Source: Octopus vulgaris
Lineage: Eukaryota
DNA length: 64,000 bases
Assembly (NCBI GenBank): GCA_951406725.2
Contig: OX597832.1
Location: 52,080,001 to 52,144,000 of the forward strand
Direction: 5' to 3'
The notes beneath the pieces were generated by a model. It searched no databases. It was not told the DNA's origin and worked only from the letters and a program-made list of their open reading frames with translations. Each line of letters opens with the position of its first letter. The stretch's first letter is position 1. Made by a program: the position numbers and the translations under genes. Shown here piece by piece: positions 55,144-64,000 of the stretch.

Positions 55144-55337
55144 CGTAAACTCTCCCAATATATATATATATATATATAAATTAGTAATGCAATACTCGAG
55201 TATTGCTTTCCAGTAAAGAATAGCCCGTGAGGGAAAAATATACATAGAAGTAAATATATGGCACTATATAGCGTCGTATTATTACGTTCGCTATTTCCAG
55301 TAAATATCGGCACTTCGTTGTGCCATATATTTACTTC

Positions 55338-55409
<72 letters not shown>

Positions 55410-57596
55410 TATGACTTTTTCACTACCTAATAACCCTAAACTGTAATTCGATGAATAATTTCATAAAAGTCAGGAAACTAACATTTATTTTGCTCTATTT
55501 AAAAAAAAAATGTCACTCCCAACTCAAGAAATCGATCACCACTTTTTACCCAAATCATGTAAAATTCTAGGGTAGTTCATAACGCCTGCTCAAGTTTTTA
55601 CCAAACCTGATGTGCTGACTCAATGCAATACAGAAGTAGTATATCTGAAATCTCAGCTTTCTAGTTGAAGTAGTTTCGGAGTTATGGGCTTTTTAAGCTA
55701 TCATCACTTAGCGGTTCGGCAAAAGAGACCGATAGAATAAGTACTGGGCTTACAAAAGAATAAGTCCCGGGGTCGAGTTGCTCGATTAAAGGCGGTGCTC
55801 CAGCATGGCCGCAGTCAAATGACTGAAACGAGTAGAAGAGTAAAAGAGAATCACGAGGTGGCACTAGATTCACACTTCCACTGTCTAAATCCTTGTAAAC
55901 GCAAGAGAGATGTGGAATAAAAGTATATTTATACATTTTTAAGATTACTGAATTGAAATTGCTCTACACAAAGGTTCAAAACTAGGCTATTTTAAGACAG
56001 AGACCACTACAAACATTCGATAACATACAAAATTAAAAACAATACATATTTTTAACTTTATAGGTTTAATTCCAATTTTAAGTAACTGTATGAGAAAAGG
56101 GGTGCTAAATGTTGGCAAATTTTTAAGCGTAACAAAGAATTAATATGTTTTGTTAGATAAAATAAATCGAAGCTGAAGTTTCTCCTTTTTACAAACATCA
56201 TAACGATCTTGAAGGCACTTAATTGCCCGTTCTGCACTCTGATTTGTTCTGGGAATTTCCAGTTTTGATGGTTATCGACTTCAAAATTTCTTTACAGAGT
56301 TCAATGTTTTTTTATGAACTTGCAGGCTACCACATAACTTCTGATAATCATGTGCATTGAACATTTGGTCAGTAAACCAAAAACCTGCCCACCTCTAAGA
56401 GATGAATCGACAAACATTGAGAAGCAAAACTCTTTTCTCTGTTAGAAGAATAAATGCCAAAAGAGCTAGTATTGCTCAAGAATCCCATTTTGCATTACTT
56501 AAGTTGGGTATTTTTTAGAACTTTACCTTAGGAAATTTGCTGGTTTCTTCAAAGAAACGAAAATCTCGGGTCAAATGAATTAGAAATTTCGTGTCATCTC
56601 GTCATCCTGCTGATTCAGTAATCTTTTCTTCACCATTGTTGAACTTAGCCGGGAGTTTCTCGTAATTATTTAGAAGCTCTGGGAATAATGTATTTTCAAT
56701 ATTGGGACATTACTTTTTTCTCCAAGTTCGTTATCCATTACAACACGAAGCACTCTATCAAGGATATTTTCATTTTTTTTCATTTTATCTAGTTTCAGCT
56801 CACGAGCTGTGGCCATGCTGGGGCACCACCATTGTTGCTGACAACCAATAAATTGCAGTTCTTTCCAACCCTTTTGAGCAAACAGTCTTTGCAACTGAAT
56901 GACGGTGCCATTTCTTTTCCCAGTGTTCACACTCGTTGTATCAGCGACCGTAACACAGCGGTCCGGCAAAAGAGACCAATAGAATAAGTACTAGGCTTAC
57001 AAAGAATAAGTCCCGGGGTCGATTTGCTCGCCTAAAGGCGGTGCTCCAGCATGGCCACAGTCAAATGACTGAAACAAGTAAAAGAGTAAAAGAGTAAAAG
57101 AGTAATATGGCCAAGAGTTTTGTTGTTTGGAGTGGCTCAAAACGTTGACCGTCGTTTCGGCTTGTCAGTGACTGATTTTTTCCCTCCCCCCACTTGACAT
57201 CTCATTGGTAATTGTTCGCCAATCTCATCTGAAATCAATTTTTGGCGGGAAATATTCGAATTGCATCCTAGAGCATCCTTCTTCCACCGAACAACAATAA
57301 ATACAGGGTTATTTTTGTCTCTCAATCAGAATCCATGTTTCACGTTCTCTCAACCATTCGTACGTCATTGTTTCTGTACGTATATTTTGAATTTATATCG
57401 CGCGGGCGCGGACGGGCGCACTGGAGTACCACCTTTAGTCGACCCCAGGACTTATTCTTTGTAAGCCTAGTACTTATTCTATCGGTCTCTCTAGGTGACG
57501 GGGACGTAAACACACCAGCATCGGTTGTCAAGCGATGTTGGGGGGACAAACATAGACACACAAATACACACACACACACACACACGCACAGACACA

Positions 57597-57645
<49 letters not shown>

Positions 57646-57919
57646 CACTAAGGAAAAGAAAACATTTCATGTTGTTTCAAATAGATTTTCAAATGTATTG
57701 TTTCCAACTCATTTATTCTTTGAATGAATAATTCTACCTGCCATGCCAATTTTTATTTTCCTCTTTGATTTTCTATCCACTTGGACATTTTCTCTCTCTC
57801 TTTGCTGTTCCTTACCTGCCACATTTAACTGTTTATATTTCTTGCATTAAATTCTTCAATTTATTTACCACTTTGGTCAATTTTTATGTAATACCATAAC
57901 GATCGTCAACGTTCAACTA

Positions 57920-58439
57920 CCGTAATTCCTCGAGTATAATCCGCATTTTTTCCCCAAAATTTAAAGGTCAAAATCCCTAGTGCGTACTATATACGAGGTT
58001 AAAAATGAAAAATATTTTCTAAGCAATGTCCGAGTCTCTATTTGCTGTCCGGCAATGTTTATTCAGACGCATTTTGTGATGTCGGGTGCGAAAATACCTT
58101 AAGCTAAGCCTGAAAGCAATGAAGTCATAAAAGAATCATCCATAACTTGCAGTAAGCAACATTTATTAAAATAAAAGCATTCAGAACACAGAATAACATG
58201 TAACAAAAACAATTTGCAAACATATTTACATTCCCATATAACAGTTAAGAACATCACCATTATTGTATTACGCATGCGTGGAAGTGTTTATTTGACTAGG
58301 TGCTGCTGGCTTAATTACGCACGACTCAAGTTAGAGAGGGTGCGTATTATACACAAGGTTTAGGTTTTTCAGAGGTACAACCCCCTAAAAATCCCCTGCA
58401 TATTATACTCAAGGGCGGACTACACTCGAGGATTTACGG
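57920..58439. mobile_element. pogo/Tc1-type MITE
   Basis: TIRs CCGTAA(T/A)TCCTCGAGT...; TA TSD on both sides. Confidence 0.85.
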
Positions 58440-58451
58440 TATATGTATGTC

Positions 58452-59390
58452 CATCATCATCATAATCATCATCACCATTATCGTCACCAGCATCATCATC
58501 ATTTAACGTCTGTTTTCTATGCTGGCATGGGTTGGACTGCTTTACAGATACTGGCAAAGTCAGAGGCCGCACCGGTCCCATTGTCTGTTTTGGTTTGGTT
58601 TCGACATCTGGGTGCTCTTGCTAACTCCAACCACTTTACAGAGTGTAGTGGACGCCTTTTACGTGGAACCATCACCAGTACTTTTGCATGTGACACCATC
58701 ACCACTGGTTTTCACGTAGCACCAGCACCAGTGCTTTTTACGTGGCATCAACACCACTACTTTTTGTGTAGCACCAGCACCAACGCTTTTTACATGGAAC
58801 CTTGGTTTTAGGATATCAATTCTGTAGTGGTGGGCAGATCTTCTTGAGCACAGCAATACGCCACATATCTTGGTCCTTTGTAAGGCTCAGTGTTTTGAGG
58901 TCGGTTTTCAATACTTCGCCCCATATCTTTCTGGGTCTCCTGCTTCCGCAACTTTCCTCCATTTTAAGTGGTTGACACTTCTATATGCAACTGTCCCCAT
59001 CCATCCGCATCGCATGACCAAACCAGCACAGTCTACTCTCTTGCGCACAGCATTCCTCTTATGCCTAACTTTTCTCTCAGTACACTAGTGCTCTGTAGCA
59101 CATGCACACTAACATTGCACATCATGTGGAGCGTACCAGCTTCGTTCCACTTTAGTCTTCGCATGTCCGCTGCATTCAGGGCCCATGCCTCGCTATCATG
59201 TAGCATTGCAATTGGCAGGCATGCGTCGTACAATCTTCCTTTCACTCGGAGACAGAGACCTTCGGTTGCCAACAGAAGTAAAGTATCTCTCAACTTCTTC
59301 CAACCTATTCTTATTCCAGCCTTTACACTTTCGGTACATCCCCCTCCACTGTTAATTAGATCTCCTAGGTAACAGAAATTGTGTGTGCAA
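58452..59390 (-). mobile_element. RTE-like LINE 3' end
   Basis: FCYLGDLINSGGGCTESVKAGIRIGWKKLR...KGRLYDAC...EAWAL; (GAT)n-type tail. Confidence 0.85.
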
Positions 59391-59797
59391 AGGCGACGAG
59401 CTGGCAGAAACATTAGCACGCCGGGCGAAATGCTTAGCAGTATTTCGTCTGCTGCTACGTTCTGAGTTCAAATTCCGCCGAAGTCGACTTTGCCATTAAA
59501 TATCCTTATCACTGGGGTCGATAAATCGACTTAATCCGTACCAGTTAGGTATTTCGTCACTGAGGGGTCGATGTGGGGTCGAATGTAATCGACTTAATAC
59601 CTTTGTCTGTCCTTGTTTGTCTCCTCTATGTTTAGCCCCTTGTGGGCAATAAAGAAATAAGAACCGTTAGCACGCCAGACAAAATGCTTAGCGGAATTTC
59701 ATCCGGCTTTATATTCTGAGTTCAAATTCCACTGAGGTCGATTTTACCTTTCATCCTTTCGGGATAGATAAAATAATTGACGGTGGAGCATTGGAGG

Positions 59798-59930
59798 CTG
59801 GGCCGGCCCTAGGGTGTACAAACTGATGGTCGTGGAAATTTTCTTGTGTTTGTCATGCCCTCCTTGGTGCCCCCTAGCACATACTGCCCCGGGTGACTGC
59901 CCGAGAGGCCGGTACCTTGAGCCGGCCCTG
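59798..59930. mobile_element. hAT-type MITE, 133 bp
   Basis: TIR C(T/A)GGGCCGGC; 8-bp flanks ATTGGAGG/ACTGGAGG. Confidence 0.75.
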
Positions 59931-60214
59931 ACTGGAGGACTGGAATCGGTGTAATCGACTAACCCTCGCTTACCCAAAATTCCAGGAGTTTGTGCTTATA
60001 GTAGAAAAATTATTGACGATAGGCACGTATATCTATTTGGAAGGCAGTTTAATTTTTAATTCATTCCAATTATAAATCTTTATTCATTTCTTTTCTAGTT
60101 CCAAGAAGAGAATTTACCATTTTTGTTAATTTTAATACAGATTAAACATTAACATACAATAAACATGTTCTTGAATGTGTCTCTTTCCAGATTTGATTTC
60201 ACATTTTCAAAATA

Positions 60215-60385
60215 ATGAAGTCGATATACAGAGAAATATTTTATGTAAATTTTGCAATTTTATTGCCTTTTGTCTTTGGTCATGGACGTCTATTGGAACC
60301 TCCTTCAAGAACAAGCATGTGGCGCTTTGGATATAACACCCCTCCAGATTATGATGATAACGGACACAATTGCGGTGGAGTAGGG
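60215..60385 (+). CDS. AA15-family LPMO gene B, first coding exon (remaining exons presumably beyond the window)
   Basis: MKSIYREIFYVNFAILLPFVFG|HGRLLEPPSRTSMWRFGYNTPPDYDDNGHNCGGVG. Donor GGG|GTAAGA, phase 0; same 171-nt length and intron position as gene A. Acceptor-like ctctttccag ends at 60190. No exon-2 homologue was seen before 64000. Confidence 0.9.
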
Positions 60386-60464
60386 GTAAGAATGCGTTTC
60401 GCACTTTCTTTTAACCTGTTTCACTCATTGGAATACAGCCATGTTGTTGGATTGGCTTCAACGG

Positions 60465-60876
60465 TTACTCTTTTACTCTTTTACTTGTTTCAGTCATTTG
60501 ACTGTGGCCATGCTGGAGTCGAGCAAATCGACCCCAGGACTTATTCTTTGTAAGCCTAGTACTTATTCTATCGGTCTCTTTTGCCGAACCGCTAAGTTAC
60601 GGGGACGTAAACACACCAGCATCGGTTGTCAAACAAGCGATGTTGAGTGGGGGGGGACAAACACAGACACAAACATATACACACCTACACACACACCTAT
60701 ATATATATATATATATATATACGACAGGGCTTCTTTCAGTTTCCGTCTACCAAATCCACTCACAAGGCTTTGGTCGCATAAGGGTATTGTAGAAGACATT
60801 TTCCCAAGGTGCCAGTGGACTGAACCTGGAACCATGTGGTTGGTTAGCAAGCTACTTACCACACAGCCACTCCGCA
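60465..60876 (-). mobile_element. SINE family A in the LPMO B intron
   Basis: Reverse full-length copy. Other partial family A copies at about 55704-55848, 56948-57103 and 57420-57570. Confidence 0.88.
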
Positions 60877-61017
60877 TCAACTCCTCTCGTACTGAGTTCA
60901 GTCAGATACTTATTTCATCGATATCTATTTGCCTCACTACTTAGTTTATTTTAGGTGCATTTTCAACAACAAATTTGCCTATATTTTTTCCTGCGTGGAA
61001 ATACAACTCCTCTTTTG

Positions 61018-61115
<98 letters not shown>

Positions 61116-62137
61116 GAGTATGCACACACTCAGACACTCAGATAGACAGAGTGGTGATCCATAGGTCCCTTTACATCAATATAAACTAGCTGACAACTGA
61201 GTTCATTTGAGATCAGTTGAGCTTCTTATTATGGTTCTCGGCTTCCTATATTTCAATCACACCCGTCAACTCCTCACCAAAGACTTCACCCACCTCCCTA
61301 CTGCTTTCATTAACCACCCCCAACGACTCCAGTCATCTCCTTTTATTAACTGTCACAACTCAGTGATTATGGAATAGCTTGTCTACTACCCTGTTGTTCG
61401 TACTGCCGGTCACCCTTTCCATCCCCCAAAATTGATCTAGTTATATTGTGTCAGTTTTAGAACAACGAATATTCGCTTATCTGTTTTTAGTTTTTGTATT
61501 TGGTTTGCAAGATACTTGATGTGAATTTGTGTGTTGAAACAGATTTAGGGTAGACTTTGATGAGAGTGGGCATGTCAATGGAAAGGTCGCAAATTGCGAC
61601 AAAAATTATTTTGACAAGCATACAACTGGTTGATTGTTTAACCAGCTCATTAAACAAACGATCGATTAATTAGTTGGTTAAATATTTAACCAATTGATTA
61701 GCAGTAAAGAAGTGATATTGAATCAAAGCATGTGTTTATTATTATTGGCGTAATGACCCTCCCAAGACAATATTTTTTTTTAATAATGATATTTTTAGAA
61801 ATATATAAAATAATGTTTACGCAATAAAAATTTAGAAACTTCGAGAGACATGAAATAATTCATTTATCTACTTCGAGTCCCACTGTTAAAGAGAAAACGA
61901 ATTATTAAAAATAATATATACATAAAAAATATTCACAACAAAATAGAAAAGATGGTTTTGAAAATATATATAAACAAAATTGTAAAAAAAAAAAGAACGC
62001 TCATTCGTTTTGGCGGTAAAGTTTTTCAAAGCGTTTTCATTGCCCTCCCCAAAATTCTAGGATGTGCACTTGCATTCCGTACGACCCCAGTGTCCAAGCC
62101 TATGAACTCTGTTGACTGCTGCCCTCTAATTTGTTCT

Positions 62138-62741
62138 TATTTCTTTATTACCCACAAGGGGCTAAACATAGAGGGGACAAACAAGGACTGGCAAACGAAT
62201 TAAGTAGATTACATCGACCCCAGTGCGTAACTGGTACTTAATTTATCGACCCCGAAAGGATGAAAGGCAAAGCTGACATCGGCGGAATTTGAACTCAGAA
62301 CGTAACGGCAGACGAAATACCTATTTCTTTACTACCCAGAAGGGGCTAAACACAGAGGGGACAAGCAAGGACAGACAAACGGATTAAGTCGATTATATCG
62401 ACCCCAGTGCGTAACTGGTACTTATTTAATCGACTCCGAAAGGATGAAAGGCAAAGCCAACCTTGGCGGAATTTCAATTCAGAACGTAACGGCAGACGAA
62501 ATACCTATTTCTTTACTACCCAGAAGGGGCTAAACACAGAGGGGACAAGCAAGGACAGACAAACGGATTAAGTCGATTATATCGACCCCAGTGCGTAACT
62601 GGTACTTATTTAATCGACTCCAAAAGGATGAAAGGCAAAGCCAACCTCGGCGGACCATTTACCTTATTCAGAACGTAACGAAAGACGAAATACCACTAAG
62701 CATTTCGCCCGGCGTGCTAACGTTTCTGCCAGCTCGCCGCC
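62138..62741 (-). repeat. SINE B tandem array: one head plus three 184-bp bodies
   Basis: Units start at 62138, 62322 and 62506. Confidence 0.92.
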
Positions 62742-64000
62742 TTACAGCTGCCCTCTAAGTTGTTCTGTCGTTATCAATACCTTTCCTTCTTTGGTGATCA
62801 ATACAGCACTTGATCGGGCTGCTCAGAACTTTTAAAATGCGGTCTAGGTCCTGTATTTCTTTGTACACTCTGAGAAAGATTGCAAAGAACAGTCGACTTT
62901 CATACTGTTAACATAAGCTAGTCACTGCATTGACAGGATTAGTATTGTACTTGGCAGTCGCGTCAGCTGCAACGCTTAAGTGCTGAGGGTTTTATCATAC
63001 TATAAGATGTTTAGGGTCTTAAAGAGGTATAGAAAGAATTCGGCTTTCTTAAGAAAGCTGGGACCTGAAGTATGGGTACGCAAATGTTGGTAGACCACAT
63101 CGAACCTGCATAAAATAAACTGTTCGACAACTCCGAGTGCACCCGAGAAGACCTACCTATTTCTTTACTGCCTACAAGGGGCTACACACAGAGGGAACGA
63201 ACAAGGACAGACAAAGGGATTAAGTCGATTATATCGACCCCAGTGTGTAACTGGTACTTATTTAATCGACCCCGAAAGGATGAAAGGCAAAGTCGACCTC
63301 GGCAGAATTTGAACTCAGAACGTAGCGGCAGACGAAATACCGCCCGAGAAGACCTACCACCTGCAATGGCAGACCGAACTGACTGGAAAATATTAGTCAG
63401 GGCAATCCGTGAAAGAAGTACGGCCGGATGATAATGACGACGACGGCGGCGGCGGCGTCGGTGGTGGTGGTGGTGGTGGTGGTGGTGGTGGTGGTGATGA
63501 TGAACGAGGTCCGTGATGCTAAGGGCACTTACTTCATAGAGTCTAATATTAGCCTTTGTATTTAATATTTTGTTCTGCTATACTCTTTTTCTTTTTCTTT
63601 TTTTTTCCAAACACTGAGTCTGCTTTGTCTATTCCTATACTTATTTCTTCATCTAAAAATTTCAATGATGTCACAGTAGAACTTCAAATAGAAATTAATT
63701 ATCAACTGTTCCCAATGGTCTTCAATCCAAGACAATGCAAACAAGAGTGCTGATTCCTTGTGATAAGATAATTATATTCCTTGTGATGATCCCAAGTGAA
63801 AAGGCTGAGGAAAACATATCAGTCCCTTTCTTTGACTCGCAGCAAACCAATGACCACTATGACTCACAGCAGACCTACGAAATAGGCACTGAATTTGTCC
63901 TGCGATACAATCCGTCACTCGTACGAAGTGCCGCTGAAAATCTGCATACAACTGTCTGGAATTGATTAGTACGCTCTCATTATGATCCGCTGAAGCAGGA

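Noticed and set aside
63560-64000. Possible exon 2 of LPMO B
   Set aside because: No GKCG.CGD or other AA15 motif was seen on the plus strand.

Overview
This is AT-rich eukaryotic DNA, dense in repeats and microsatellites. Its SINE, MITE and Penelope repertoire looks like an octopod cephalopod (Octopus-like; inferred). Hand-spliced genes: (1) a complete 3-exon, 313-aa secreted AA15-type lytic polysaccharide monooxygenase (LPMO) on the minus strand, exons 23957-23787, 17721-17346 and 14322-13928. It has a His1 histidine brace, unusual second-shell residues and a 6-Cys C-terminal module. (2) The first coding exon of a divergently oriented AA15 paralogue on the plus strand (60215-60385), with an identical intron position. 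(3) A candidate small minus-strand gene (about 123 aa) with an RFX X-box promoter and a 1.6-kb 16-bp minisatellite in its intron. The rest is tRNA-derived SINEs of at least four families, a TTAGGG-carrying MITE family with 8-bp TSDs, non-autonomous Helitrons, a Gypsy-type solo LTR, and decayed LINE, Penelope and Tc1/mariner/pogo remnants. The most notable non-coding signal is a set of long fold-back palindromes carrying minimal hammerhead-ribozyme motifs; a near-intact one lies about 210 nt downstream of the LPMO stop codon. No searches were run; all family calls come from motif recognition.
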